From contig CAVUXE010000010.1 of assembly GCA_963745235.1 (NCBI GenBank), forward strand, positions 32,001-96,000: a stretch of DNA of 64,000 bases, written 5' to 3'. The stretch comes from an uncultured Spirochaetota bacterium (lineage in GTDB: Bacteria > Spirochaetota > Spirochaetia > SZUA-6 > Fen-1364). Positions 48,673 to 59,671 of the stretch are shown one piece after another. The notes beneath the pieces are model-generated. The model did no database searches and was not told where the DNA came from. It saw nothing but the letters and a program-made list of their open reading frames with translations. The position numbers and the translations under genes are program-made. The first letter of the stretch is position 1. Every line of letters starts with the position of its first letter.

Positions 48673-50088
48673 CTAGGGGTTCCTGTTCAGGCGTCGGTTC
48701 AAGGCTGTACGGGTCAGGCCAAGCTGGCGGGCGGCCGTGGACTGGTTTCCCTCCGCGCGCCTCAGGGCTTCCTCAATGAGCTGTCGGCTCGCTTCCCTCA
48801 AGGTGGGCAGAGTCTGGCAGCTTGAGAAAGGATTCTGCCCATCCTCGGCGCATGCACCATCGAGGGGCTCCGCGGCGGCGCCAGAGCGCTCTCCGATTGC
48901 GGCGCGAAAGCTCTCCAGGGAAAGAACCCGGGATTCGTGGCGCACAACCGCGTCGAAAATCATGCCCTCCAACTCCCGTATGTTGCCGGGAAAAGAATAG
49001 CTGCGGAGAACGGGAAGAAGCTCCCGCGGGACGGCGGGACGATTTTTCCCCACCACCTTCGACGCCTTGTCGAAGAAGTGATCCACCAGCAGCTCGAGGT
49101 CCGCGCGACGCTCCCGCAGGGGCGGGATCCGGATGTGGTGAGATCGAAGACGGTACAGGAGGTCTTTTCTGAGCTTGCCTTCATTCGTGGCTTTCGAGAC
49201 GTCCAGGTTCGTGGCGAAAACGAACCGCGCCGTGGTGGGCCGCGGCCGATCCGTGCCCAGCGGGTAGTACTCCCGCTCCTGGAGGAGCCGCAGGAGCTTT
49301 ATCTGGGACTCCGCGGCAAGGTCTCCGATCTCATCCAGGAAGAGTGTCCCCCCTTCCGCCTTCGCGACCATCCCTTCCCGTGTCGTGTCGGCTCCCGTGT
49401 AGGCGCCCTTGACGTGCCCGAACAGGGTGTCGGCGAACAGAGTATCGTCGAGGCCGGCCACGTTCACGGGCACGAAGCCGCCGCTCCGGCGGCTCACCGC
49501 GTGGATGGCCCTCGCCACCAGCTCCTTGCCCACGCCCGTATCTCCTGTAACAAGGACGGGCAGCGATGTGGGGGCGATTGCCTCGGCGTATTTGAAGATC
49601 GAGAGCATCCCGGGGTCCCTCGTCACGATGTCTTTGAACGCCTCGGGATGCGCCGGTTGCGAGGACAGCATGCCCTCCCGCAGGGAGGTGACCTCGCGCG
49701 CGGTCTCCCACTTCTCGATTGCATGCCGAAGGCTCGTGACAAGGCGGGTCCTGTTGATGGGTTTCTCCAGATAGTCGAATGCCCCCGCGCGCATGCATTT
49801 CACGACGGTCTCCACGTCTCCCGTCCCCGTCGCCACGATGACGGGAGTCTCCGGCCTTTCTTCGAGGATCAGGGAGAGGAGGTCGAGCCCCGAGATGCCA
49901 GGCATCATCAGGTCAAGGACCACTCCCGCGAAGGATTGCTCGCGGACGGCGGCAGCGGCTGCATCCCCGTCCTCACGCTCAGCGAGGTTCGTGATCCCGG
50001 CGAGGAGAAGCGCGGTCCGCACCGAGGACCGGATCTCACCCTCGTCATCCACAATGAGCACGGGCTCCGCGGGATACGGCCGGCTCAC
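48673..50088 (-). CDS. sigma54-dependent response regulator (REC-AAA+-HTH)
   Basis: IVDDE, DLMMP, GDTGVGKE, GAYTGA, FLDEIG, PGNIRELE, and an HTH. GTG start follows AGGAGG. Confidence 0.93.
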   Translation of the reverse strand: MSRPYPAEPVLIVDDEGEIRSSVRTALLLAGITNLAEREDGDAAAAAVREQSFAGVVLDLMMPGISGLDLLSLILEERPETPVIVATGTGDVETVVKCMRAGAFDYLEKPINRTRLVTSLRHAIEKWETAREVTSLREGMLSSQPAHPEAFKDIVTRDPGMLSIFKYAEAIAPTSLPVLVTGDTGVGKELVARAIHAVSRRSGGFVPVNVAGLDDTLFADTLFGHVKGAYTGADTTREGMVAKAEGGTLFLDEIGDLAAESQIKLLRLLQEREYYPLGTDRPRPTTARFVFATNLDVSKATNEGKLRKDLLYRLRSHHIRIPPLRERRADLELLVDHFFDKASKVVGKNRPAVPRELLPVLRSYSFPGNIRELEGMIFDAVVRHESRVLSLESFRAAIGERSGAAAEPLDGACAEDGQNPFSSCQTLPTLREASRQLIEEALRRAEGNQSTAARQLGLTRTALNRRLNRNP

Positions 50089-52934
50089 CGCGATCCTCCT
50101 GCCACCGGCAGCCCTCCTGCCACCGGCAGGCGCACAGTCACCCGGGTTCCCTTGCCTGCCTGCGAGCTGAAGCTCATAGTTCCTCCGTGATTGGTCACGA
50201 TGCGCGAGGAGACGGCCAGTCCCAGGCCGGATCCTCCGCTCGCGCGCTTTGTCGTGAAGAAGGGGTCTGTCACCCGCGGGATGTTCTGCGGCGGGATCCC
50301 GACCCCCTGGTCTTCCACCTCCACGCAGACCCATCCATCCTCCGTGAATGTGGACACCGTGATTCCCCGGTCATGCGACGGAAGGGACTGGCACGCGTTG
50401 GTGAAGAGGTTGATGAGGACCTGCTCGATCTGGTGATAGTTCCCTCGAATTGCGGGCAGACCGGGCGCTTCCCTCACGGAGAAGGAATCCGTGGACTTGC
50501 GGATCAGGTTTCCCGCTATCATCACCGCGGAGCCGATCACCGCGCTCACATCAACGCCGTCTGTCAGGTCTCCCTCGTCTCCGCGCGCGAAATCCCGAAG
50601 GTTCCCAAGGAGCTTCTCGATCCGTTTCGACCCCTCCTCGATGCCGGCCAGGAGGTCTTCCACCATGCCGCGCGCCTCCTCGAAGGGAATTCCCCGGATT
50701 GCGAGATCCCCCTCGTTCTTCGCGGCCTGGCCTAGGATATGCCGTATCTCGCTCCAAAGCTCCTTCAGGTTCTGCGAGTTCAAACGGATGAAGTTGTTGG
50801 GGTTGTTGATCTCGTGAGCAACCCCTGAGACGAGCGTACCGAGGGATGCCAGCTTGGCCGCCTGGAAAAGCTCCTTTTCATGCTCTCTCGCGCGCTCTTC
50901 GGCCCGCTTGCGCTCGGTGAAATCCCGGGTCACCCCGATGAGACGGACTATGCGGCCGGTTTCCTCCCGCACGGGCACCAGCGTAGTGGAGTAGTGGGCC
51001 CGGCCGCCCGGGAGGTCAAGGGTCTCCTCAAAGCTCATAGGCTTTCCTGCCTCGAATGCACCGCAGATTGTCGGCATTCACTCTTTCCGCGATCTCCGGA
51101 GCAAGATACTCATCAGGGAACCTCCCCACCACCTCCGCCGCGGATATCCCCAGCATCTTTTCCTGCGCGGGATTGTAGCTCAGCGTCCGAAAGAGTCGGT
51201 CCGGCGTCACCTCGACGACGAAGATGCCGTCCGATGTGTTCTCGAAGATCTCGCGGTACCGCGCCTCGCTGTCGCGCAACGCCTTTTCCATGCGCCGGCG
51301 ATCCGTCATGTCGCGGGAGATCGTCAGGAGGCATTTCTCGCCGTCGATCTCCACGGTCCGTGACGACAGGAGCGCGTGGCGGGTGGTCCCGTCTTTCCGC
51401 CGAAGGGATGCCTCGAATCCCGAGGCCTCCCCTTCTTCCTCCAGGAGCCGGACCCACTCCGCTCGCTCCCGCGGATTCACCCAGATGCCGAGCGCGTCCG
51501 GCAGGGACGAACGGCCGATGGCTTCTTCACGGGAGTAGCCGTTCGCTTTCGTGAAGCCGAGGTTCGCTTCCAGGATGACGCCGTTGGAGATCCGGCTGAT
51601 GGTGATGGAATCCGGGCTCGCATGAAATGCCTTGGAGAACTTTTCCTCGGATTGGCGCAGCGCCCTTTCGGTCCTCCGGTTTTCCGTGATGTCACGAGCC
51701 ACACCGATTATCCGGTAGATGCTCCCCGAAGCATCCCTGACGGGAACGAGCGTTGTATGCCACGAAAACAGTCCGGCGGGCAGCGCGATCTCCTCTTCGA
51801 AACTGATCGGCGCTCCCGCTTCCAGGCATTTCTCATTGTGGGCGGTCACTGCGCGAGCGGTTTCCGGGGCAAAGAGCTCCTCGTTGAACCTGCCGACCGC
51901 TTCGGCGCTGGAGATCCCCACCATCCTTTCCATGGCAGGGTTGTACGCGGCAATGCGAAACCGGCGCTCAGGGGTCACGTCGACCACGAAAATGCCGTCC
52001 CACGTGTTCTCGAAAATCTCCCGGTAGCGACGCTCACTCTCACGGAGAGCTTCCTCCGCTCTGTTCCGATCAGTCGTGTCGATGGGGAGGGCAATCAGAC
52101 GGCAAATGCGGCCGTTCGCATCGCGCACTGGTACGAGCGATGTGTGAACCGACAGGCGTCCTGACGGCATGTCGATCACCTCGTCGAAGCTCGTTGTCGA
52201 GCCCGTCTCCACACATGTGCGATAGTTGGCATTGAGCTCTCCCGCGACGTCTGGCGGCAGGACTTCCTCAACGAGCTTCCCCGTCACCTGGACGGCCGAC
52301 AGGCCTGTCATCCTTTCCACCGCCGGGTTGGCGGCGACCACCCTGAATCTGAGGTCTGCTGTAACGTCGAAAAGAGCAATGCCGCTGGTGCTGTTCAGGA
52401 ATATCTCCCGGTATCGCTGCTCGCTCTCCGTGAGCGCCGCCGCGATTCGAAGGGACTCGATTGCCGGGCCCGTCAGGGACGCAAGAATCCTGCCAAGCTC
52501 GAGGTCCTCCGGTTCGAATGGCGGGGACTCCCGGTTGTGCAGAGAAACAAACCCAACGACTTCGCCGCCTGCGTGACGAAGGGGAAAGACAAGGGCGGAT
52601 CCGTCGCCGTACCCCGGCCATCCGCTCCCCGCCAGGTCTGCATCAAAGCTCCTGATGAGGAGGGGCTCGCGTGCTCTTTCCGCTTTCTCCAGGGCGCTGC
52701 CTGCCGCAGCGGAAGACCCAGCGAGTGCGGGGCGTGACCCGGGTCAAGGCATCCCCGCAGCACCAGCGTCGGTCCCTCTCGCGAGTAGAAGCTCCCGCCG
52801 CGCGCTCCGGTCAGTCGCCCGTATTCTTCAAGAACCTCGCCTGCCAGATGCTCGAGGCCGGGAAGCGAGGCAAGGCGCGCCACCGAATCGAGGAGACCGC
52901 GGAGCTTTTCGTTGAGCCCTGCCGACATATTCAT
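50085..52934 (-). CDS. Cytoplasmic GAF + 4 PAS sensor histidine kinase, frameshifts near 52706 and 51055
   Basis: Repeated SE.RYREIF / SEEKFSKAF PAS entries, VAHEINNP, QVLINL, DQGVG, PFFTTK, GSGLGL. Confidence 0.85.
50095..50129. repeat. Exact 17-bp tandem duplication
   Basis: CCTCCTGCCACCGGCAG twice (18-bp period); it encodes LPVAGG twice and duplicates AGGAGG. Confidence 0.85.
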
Positions 52935-52989
52935 TGCAATCCTTCCACAAATCTATTGAAAGGCGCATCAAAAGCAAGGGAACGGGCAT

Positions 52990-55899
52990 TCAATGCCGGG
53001 GAAAGTAGATCGTGAAGACCGTTCCCCAGCCCGGCTCGGAGTCCACGTCGATGTAGCCATCGTGCTGATTCACAATGCCGTAGACAGTGGAAAGCCCGAG
53101 GCCGGTTCCTTTTCCCATCTCCTTGGTCGTGAAGAACGGCTCGAAAACACGCTTCCGCGTGGCCTCGTCCATCCCTGTACCCGTGTCGCTCACCGTCAGG
53201 GAAACGTAATCACCGGCCTTTGCTCCCGGGCGACTGCGCGTCCACTCCTCGTCCAGGACGGCGGTCTGAAGGGAAAAAGTGAGGACCCCGCCGGCGGGCA
53301 TCGCGTCCTGCGCGTTGATGGCGAGGTTCATCAGGACCTGCTCCACCTGCCCGACGTCCACCGTGACGAGCCCGACGTCTTCAGCGCACTCCACGCGTAT
53401 CTCCACAGTCGTCGCGATGGTCCGGCGAAGGAAGACCTGGAAGTCCCGCACCACGACGCGAAGGTCGACGACGGACTTGGCCAGGCGCTGCATCCGGCTG
53501 AAAGCAAGGAGCTTGTGCGTCAGGTCGCGGATGCGCCTGGCAGCGCCAAGGATGACCAGGCCCGCCTCCTGTTTCGCCCCCTCCCCATCGCCCTGGAGGA
53601 GCTCCGAGTAGCCAAGGATGGGCGTCAGGAGATTGTTGATGTCATGGGAGATCCCGCCTGCCAGACGCCCCACGGATTCCATCTTCTGGGCCTGGCGAAG
53701 CTGCTCTTCCAGTCGCGCCCTCTCTTCCTCCGCCTGCGTTCGCTTGGTGATGTCCACCACGCTGACCAGCGTTGTGGAGAGCCTGTCATTGTCCGCGGGG
53801 ACGTAGAAATGCATGATCACGTTCAACCGACGTCCCGTCCTGCTGAGAACGGTCGTTTCTATGTCATGCTGCTTGCCATGTTCAGCTCTGGCAATCGCCT
53901 CCGGGACGAAGCCGGCAAGCGCGGCCGGATCGAAGGTGACGTCCAACGGCCCGAGGAGCTCCTCACGGGATTTCGCCTCGAACAATCGAACCGTCGTCTC
54001 GTTGACATCCACCACCGTCGCCAGGTGCAGCGCGCGGGCAACGAACTCGGGGTGGGCGTCGATGTACCCCGCGAGGTCCTGGTGCCCCTGGTCATGAAGC
54101 ACGGAGAGAGCGGTACGCAGCCTCGACGTGTCTACCTCCCAGAGGGAGACTGCGGAACGGTGGAATATCGCGCGGTAGCGTATTTCGCTCCGCCGGAGGG
54201 CCTCCTCCGCCTCCTTGCGGTCGGAGATGTCGCGCATGACGCCCCAGATCCGGATCAGGGCCCCGGAATCGACCACGCCGCTCACGCTGTTCAGGAGCCA
54301 GCGGACCTTCCCCTTCGAGTCCGAGCGCGAGCTTTCCGAGCTGGCGATCTGGAACGAGGCCCGGATCATGGCATGCAGCGAATCGATGCTTGCCGGGTCT
54401 GCGCGGGGGAGCCACACCCCCGGGTCCGCGCCAAGGATATCCTGCTCACTGCGGCGCCCCAGCATCCGCACCGCCGCTTCGTTGCACTCCGCGAGCACGA
54501 AGTGTCGATAGAACCACTCCACCTGGTCGTCTTCCGAGATGCTCAGGGGCATTGGCGCGCGCGCTTCGAAACGGAAGATGCCAGCCGCGTTGTCTGCCAC
54601 GAAAGCCCGGTAGCGGGCCTCGCTTTCAGCAAGGGATGCGAATGACCTGCGGAGCGCCGCCGCCATGACGTTGAAAGAAGCGGCAAGCTGTCCGATCTCG
54701 TCGGTCCCTTCCAGCTGGATGGTCCGTGAGAGGTCCCCGGCCGCAAGGGACCGCGCCATGCCGTTGAGGAGCACCAGGGGCGCCGTCACGCGCCGGGCCA
54801 GGAGCAGGGCGACAAAAACGGAGAGCAGGAGGAACACGGCGACAAGGATCGCCGTGGACCGCATGTCGTCGTAGATGTGCTGCGCGAAGTCGGACTCCGG
54901 CACCACTTCGGCAATGAGCCAGTCCAGGCCCGGCCCGCCCCGAAAAGGAGAGACGTACATGATCTGCCGCTGGTGTCCGATGTCCAGTGAGAGCTGGCGC
55001 GCGGCTCCCATAGTGTCGCCGGTCCGCAACTCCCGCGCGATTTTCCGCGCGCCTGTGCGCACCACCGGATCATCGCTCGCGGAGGCAAGAAGGCGCTCAA
55101 GACGAGGGCCATTCGTGGCGAAGGGGCTCGCCACGGTGGATGCCGCCACGAGCATTCCGGAGCGGTCCAGGATGAACGCCTCGCTGTGCTCCGTCACTCG
55201 AATGCTTTTCAGGAACGTCCCCATGGCCGTCAAGGTGAGTGTCACATCCAGGACGCCGCGGAGCTGTCCATTCGATGCGTAGAGAGGTTTGACGGCATCT
55301 ATTCCCGCGTCCCCGCTCGTCATCAGGTAAACCTCGCTCCACGTGGCAGCCCGGGCCCGCGCGGCATCCTGATACCACGGCCGCATGCGGGGGTCATATG
55401 TCTGCTGGGAGTGGTAGAACAGCTCGCCTCGACTCCCGCGTTCATCCAGGGCGTAAGCGTCGAAGTAGTACCCGGTTCCCTGTCCTGACAGCGCGATTGC
55501 AAGAGGGAATCCCATTATCCCTCTGCCAACCGCGACGCTCTCCCTCTGCTCGTCGCTGTACCCCACGGATGTAACGTTCTCGAACCTGTCGATTTCCGCC
55601 CTGAATCTGCGCGCCAGCCTGTCAGTACTGACGTCCGTGACGTCGCCCAGACCGAAAGCAAACGAATTGAGATCATTTATCATCGACGCGGTTGAAACAT
55701 AGGTCTCCAGGTGCTGCCGGATATTAGCCATGGACTGGCGGCCCAGCTGGCTTGCAAGCTCGCGGATCGAAACCTGGCCGTTGCGAAAGGTGAAGAACCA
55801 TGTCACCCCCGCGGTCAGCGTCAGAAGTATCACAATTGTCGCCGTGATGACGATGCGCAGGGACGAGTGCGAAAAAGCGCGGCGCACGATCGTTGTCAT
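52990..55899 (-). CDS. Cache-HAMP-PAS-PAS sensor histidine kinase
   Basis: [11 protein letters not shown] (dCache), [36 protein letters not shown]. Start reassigned to MTTIVRR. Confidence 0.88.
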   Translation of the reverse strand: MTTIVRRAFSHSSLRIVITATIVILLTLTAGVTWFFTFRNGQVSIRELASQLGRQSMANIRQHLETYVSTASMINDLNSFAFGLGDVTDVSTDRLARRFRAEIDRFENVTSVGYSDEQRESVAVGRGIMGFPLAIALSGQGTGYYFDAYALDERGSRGELFYHSQQTYDPRMRPWYQDAARARAATWSEVYLMTSGDAGIDAVKPLYASNGQLRGVLDVTLTLTAMGTFLKSIRVTEHSEAFILDRSGMLVAASTVASPFATNGPRLERLLASASDDPVVRTGARKIARELRTGDTMGAARQLSLDIGHQRQIMYVSPFRGGPGLDWLIAEVVPESDFAQHIYDDMRSTAILVAVFLLLSVFVALLLARRVTAPLVLLNGMARSLAAGDLSRTIQLEGTDEIGQLAASFNVMAAALRRSFASLAESEARYRAFVADNAAGIFRFEARAPMPLSISEDDQVEWFYRHFVLAECNEAAVRMLGRRSEQDILGADPGVWLPRADPASIDSLHAMIRASFQIASSESSRSDSKGKVRWLLNSVSGVVDSGALIRIWGVMRDISDRKEAEEALRRSEIRYRAIFHRSAVSLWEVDTSRLRTALSVLHDQGHQDLAGYIDAHPEFVARALHLATVVDVNETTVRLFEAKSREELLGPLDVTFDPAALAGFVPEAIARAEHGKQHDIETTVLSRTGRRLNVIMHFYVPADNDRLSTTLVSVVDITKRTQAEEERARLEEQLRQAQKMESVGRLAGGISHDINNLLTPILGYSELLQGDGEGAKQEAGLVILGAARRIRDLTHKLLAFSRMQRLAKSVVDLRVVVRDFQVFLRRTIATTVEIRVECAEDVGLVTVDVGQVEQVLMNLAINAQDAMPAGGVLTFSLQTAVLDEEWTRSRPGAKAGDYVSLTVSDTGTGMDEATRKRVFEPFFTTKEMGKGTGLGLSTVYGIVNQHDGYIDVDSEPGWGTVFTIYFPRH

Positions 55900-55963
55900 G
55901 TCGCCTGACTCCTGTGCCTGACAGTGAATTGCGCCACCAGCTTCTGCATCTGCTGCCCCATCC
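55896..55963 (-). pseudogene. Remnant of an MCP 3' end forming a 21-codon ORF
   Basis: 55925-55963 is 36/39 identical to 46101-46139; MGQQMQKLVAQF versus [12 protein letters not shown]. Confidence 0.75.
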
Positions 55964-55981
55964 TCCTTCGAAGACGGCAAA

Positions 55982-55997
55982 TGCAACACGCGTGCCA
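55982..55997 (-). promoter_or_regulatory. sigma54 (-24/-12) promoter
   Basis: TGGCAC-GCGTG-TTGCA, exact consensus. Confidence 0.85.
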
Positions 55998-56167
55998 ATC
56001 CGGGGAAAAAATCGGCCTTTCGTGAGATCGCGAGCCAATAGCTTTTGGAGAAAGAAATTAGGATATCCCGCGACCGTGGACTCAGACTGTTGCTCATGGC
56101 TTCATAAGCAAAGGGGTGTGCCGAAAGAGCACCGCGGAAGAGGACTGCTACGGTAAGACGGGACTGC

Positions 56168-56930
56168 CTATTCGAGGGGCCCGATCACCGTTTCATCTTC
56201 CCCGACCCAGATTCGGATCCTCCGGGCATCCACGGAAAAAAGCGCGTGCGAGCCAAGACTGAGCGATGGGAAAATGACTGGATTGCCGTCCCCCACCCTG
56301 CATGGCGACACACACGGGCTTTCCAGGAACCACTCACCGGCTCCCGGCCTGAGCGTCACCTGGCGTGCCGGGAGAAGGTCGATGTCATACGCGCTGAAGT
56401 CCCCGTGGATGAGCTTTTCCGCAATTGCAACCAGATCAAGGGCCCACGGATCCGGGTGTCGTTTGAAGGAAGAGGCGAGTCTCTCCGCGTTGACAAGGGA
56501 GGCGTCGAAACCGCGCTCCGTGAAGGTCTTGAAAATGAGGGCCAGGGGCCCCTCCTGCCACGAAAGGGCGAGATGAGGGGGCTTGCCTGTGTCAGTACAA
56601 TCCACCGGGCAAACCCCTCCGGCCGGCCGCAGAAGCCCCAGAGCGCGGCCGGCGACCGGGTATGCAAGGACGGCGGTGTTGAGCGCCTTCGAACAGGAGA
56701 TCACCGTGGGCTGGTGCGGGTCCGTGACAGCGCGGCGTTGCCATCTGCCGGCGAGAGTCCGGGAAGACCAGGTCGAAGCCGAGGTCAGGGAATGCCCGGA
56801 CCCAATGCTCGGGAGGCTCAGGGATGGTGACGGACAGGTCAGCTTCCGGCCCGAGAAATGAGCAGGATGCGGCAAGGCAGCACAGCAGGAGAGGGACCAC
56901 GCGCGGCGGCGTTGTCACATTCGGAATCAA
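56168..56930 (-). CDS. Putative lipoprotein, frameshift near 56752
   Basis: Lipobox LAASC in the 56930 frame, continuing in the 56168 frame (GRWQRR...). Confidence 0.55.
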
Positions 56931-56960
56931 CGCCGGTGAATGCCCGCCGCTTGTCCTCGC

Positions 56961-57491
56961 TCAGGAATGGGCGTGGGTCTGCGCCTTGTAGAGGCCCCGG
57001 ATCTCGTTGAGGATTGCCAGGTAGTCGGGTGAGCGATAATCCGGATATGTCCACTCCAGGGGTCGGAAGCTCCCCTTGTGGTACAGCAGGGTCACCTCGG
57101 CGTAGATTCCACTGGAGAGAGGAATCCTGTGCGCGCTCTCCTTCGTGGTAACGAGGACGAAGCGGCTGAGACAAAGGAGCCCCGGATCGATGTTGACCTT
57201 CCTGGCGTCCCCTTCGCGGAAACGCTCTTCCACCCTGTTGGTCTGGAGCTTGATGTCAGCAATCAGGGAGGGGTCCACGAGCCGTCGGAAGGAAACGAAG
57301 AACCGCTGGATCCCCGGCCCCATTTCATTGTCGTAATAGTCGGTGTAGGAAAAGGGCATGCACGGACTGCACAGATCAGGAGGGCCCCACGTCTCCCCGA
57401 GGACTCCGAGGAGCTCCTGCTCCCTCTGCGGCCGCGAGATGAGAACTGCCATGACAAGCTTCTCCGGAAGGAATTGCGTCGCTTCACCCAT
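56961..57491 (-). CDS. DUF4416-family protein
   Basis: YTDYYDNEMG, RKVNIDPG, TTK..AHRIPL..GIYAE, WTYPDY. Confidence 0.85.
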   Translation of the reverse strand: MGEATQFLPEKLVMAVLISRPQREQELLGVLGETWGPPDLCSPCMPFSYTDYYDNEMGPGIQRFFVSFRRLVDPSLIADIKLQTNRVEERFREGDARKVNIDPGLLCLSRFVLVTTKESAHRIPLSSGIYAEVTLLYHKGSFRPLEWTYPDYRSPDYLAILNEIRGLYKAQTHAHS

Positions 57492-57555
57492 TCCCGCGCT
57501 CGTCCACCCTGGCTCGCATTGCGTCCCCTCCGACTTTACCGTATAATTGGTGATA

Positions 57556-58989
57556 ATGGAAGGATCAGGAGAGTTCTTGCAGCAACTCACGGAGGCGCTG
57601 TCCGCACGGAACCGCTGGCTGGAAGGCACCCAGATTCCGCGGCTGAAGGAGCTTCTCCTGACATACCAGAACATGTTCGAGAGCATCATGAGCATGCTGA
57701 TCAAGAAGGGCCTGCTTCGCGAAGACCCGTACCATTATGAGCAGGATCCGACAGACATCACGGTGCCCAGCGATGCTCCCCTGGCGGACTTCGAGAACGC
57801 CGACGAGACAAGCTACCGCCTGGCGGCTTTCCGCAGGCAGCTCAAGTTCGTGACTGAGCTGGACCTCAACCTCGGCGGGCTGAAGCTCAGCAGGCTGAAA
57901 AAGCTCTCCGCCCTCCTTTCCTATGTCAACTGGTCGGAGCTCGGTGAGAGCTCCAGCAGCCCCACCACACGGTCATTCGCGCGCGCCTTCATGAAAGTGG
58001 TGCTGGGGGGAGACGCCATGGCGGCGCAGATCCTCAAGGACCACGAAGGTCAGATCGCCCGGGCGTTCCGTGAAAGCAGGGGGGTCATTGCGGACATCGC
58101 CTCCTATCACCGAGAATCCTGGAAGGCGGAGCTTCGCCGCGCCGTGCTCCCCCTGGTTCCCCTGGAGCCCGCGGCTCAGGGGAGGAGGGAGGAGATCCTG
58201 CGCGCCATGCGAAAGATCTACGGAAAAGAAAGGCAGGGTCTTCCCTGGTACCCGGCTCTTGCGCAGGAGCTGGTCGCGGAGGAGGTCGAAAGCGATGCGG
58301 CGGCGCGAAAGGAACGGCTCCTCGCATCGCTTGTCATCCCGGAACCCGCGCCGGTTCAAAAGGCCGTCGAGCAGCGGGAAGGCAAGCCCATCCTGATGGA
58401 GGCCGTGAGGATCCTCGCCCGGCCTCACGAGGAGCTGGTCACTGCCGTGGAGTCCCTCTCGGAGACCGAAAGGCTTTTCCAGGTCCGCGACGGCGGCCTG
58501 GGAAACGCGTTGCGACGCCTCTTCGGGTTGAGCCCGAAGCAAAAGACAGACACGCACACATACGAGATCCAGTTCTCCGAACCGGCTACGGGGACGACCA
58601 GGACGGAGAAGATAAGCTTCCCGCAGTTCGCCGAAGAGGCGCGGAAGAAGGCGACCCTTCTTGCAGCCATTGCGGCGGGGTCAGGGCCGGCCTACAAGCG
58701 GCTGGAAAAAACGGCGGAGACGCCGCTGGCGGCGTTCCTGGACAAGCAGCTCAACGAGCTTCTTCTCATCCACCGACGGCTGGCCGGCTTCAACACGCTT
58801 TTCCAGGCAAAGGCCTCGCAGGCCGGAAAGCAGGGCGTGCGGGGAATCAAGCTGGAGCTTCTTGCCATACGGAACAGCCTCGTGAAGGCCAACCAGCGGC
58901 GCCACGAGTTCGGTCAGAGGGCGGAAGAGGCAAAGCAGAAGCCGCTGAACGGAGCACACGCGGAGGCGCCGCAGAAGTCACCCGCCTGA
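57556..58989 (+). CDS. Hypothetical helical protein
   Basis: Long ORF with typical codon usage and TATAAT 8 nt upstream; no motif recognised. Confidence 0.75.
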   Translation: MEGSGEFLQQLTEALSARNRWLEGTQIPRLKELLLTYQNMFESIMSMLIKKGLLREDPYHYEQDPTDITVPSDAPLADFENADETSYRLAAFRRQLKFVTELDLNLGGLKLSRLKKLSALLSYVNWSELGESSSSPTTRSFARAFMKVVLGGDAMAAQILKDHEGQIARAFRESRGVIADIASYHRESWKAELRRAVLPLVPLEPAAQGRREEILRAMRKIYGKERQGLPWYPALAQELVAEEVESDAAARKERLLASLVIPEPAPVQKAVEQREGKPILMEAVRILARPHEELVTAVESLSETERLFQVRDGGLGNALRRLFGLSPKQKTDTHTYEIQFSEPATGTTRTEKISFPQFAEEARKKATLLAAIAAGSGPAYKRLEKTAETPLAAFLDKQLNELLLIHRRLAGFNTLFQAKASQAGKQGVRGIKLELLAIRNSLVKANQRRHEFGQRAEEAKQKPLNGAHAEAPQKSPA

Positions 58990-59026
58990 TCCGCGGGCCG
59001 CTTGCGGGCATCATCATAGCCAGGCA

Positions 59027-59641
59027 ATGAACGACGACGGCTATTTCCGCCAGATTCTCGGCATCCCCCCGGAGGCGACACGAGACCAGGTCCGGCAGGC
59101 GTATCGGCGCCTCGTCATGGAAAATCACCCGGACAGGTTCCCGCCTGAAAAGAAGCCGCTCCAGGATTTGGCCATCATCACCTTGACGGAAGCCTACACG
59201 GCGCTCATGAGCGCTCCCCTGCCGGAGGCCACTCCGGCGCCGGCCTCCGCCCCTGCCGCCGCCAGGAGATCCAGCGGGCAAGGCGTCCGGCGGACCTCCC
59301 GAGACCTCGCGGACGGGACCGCCCTGGCGTCCCACGGGGACCCATCGTATGCCTACTACAAGCAGGGCTTCATCAACTTCTCACTTGCCATCCACGGAAT
59401 CGCTGAGATCAACCGCAGGATCGCGGCCGGCCGCGTGCCTCGATTCACCCGCCGCTACACTGCCAGGGAGGACATTGCAAGCAGCCTCGCTTTCCTTCGG
59501 GCAGCGCACGGGTATTTCTCCCGGGTGGTTGATGAGCATCCCCGCAGCGTCTGGAGCTCGGATGCCGGGGCAAAGCTGCGGCGGATCGAACGGTTCACGA
59601 AGCTCTACCGGCGGATCCTCGCGAACCTGAGCAGGCGTTGA
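59027..59641 (+). CDS. J-domain protein
   Basis: ILGI, RQAYRRLVMENHPD, EAY. Confidence 0.82.
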   Translation: MNDDGYFRQILGIPPEATRDQVRQAYRRLVMENHPDRFPPEKKPLQDLAIITLTEAYTALMSAPLPEATPAPASAPAAARRSSGQGVRRTSRDLADGTALASHGDPSYAYYKQGFINFSLAIHGIAEINRRIAAGRVPRFTRRYTAREDIASSLAFLRAAHGYFSRVVDEHPRSVWSSDAGAKLRRIERFTKLYRRILANLSRR

Positions 59642-59671
59642 GAGCCTCCGCCCCTGGCATCGCACCGACTT

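Noticed and set aside
52973-52988. sigma54-like site upstream of the GAF-PAS kinase
   Set aside because: TGCCCG-N5-TTGCT lacks the invariant GG at -24.
56107-56123. Second sigma54-like site CGGCAC-N6-TTGCT
   Set aside because: The spacing is one base too long for sigma54, unless this is a homopolymer error.
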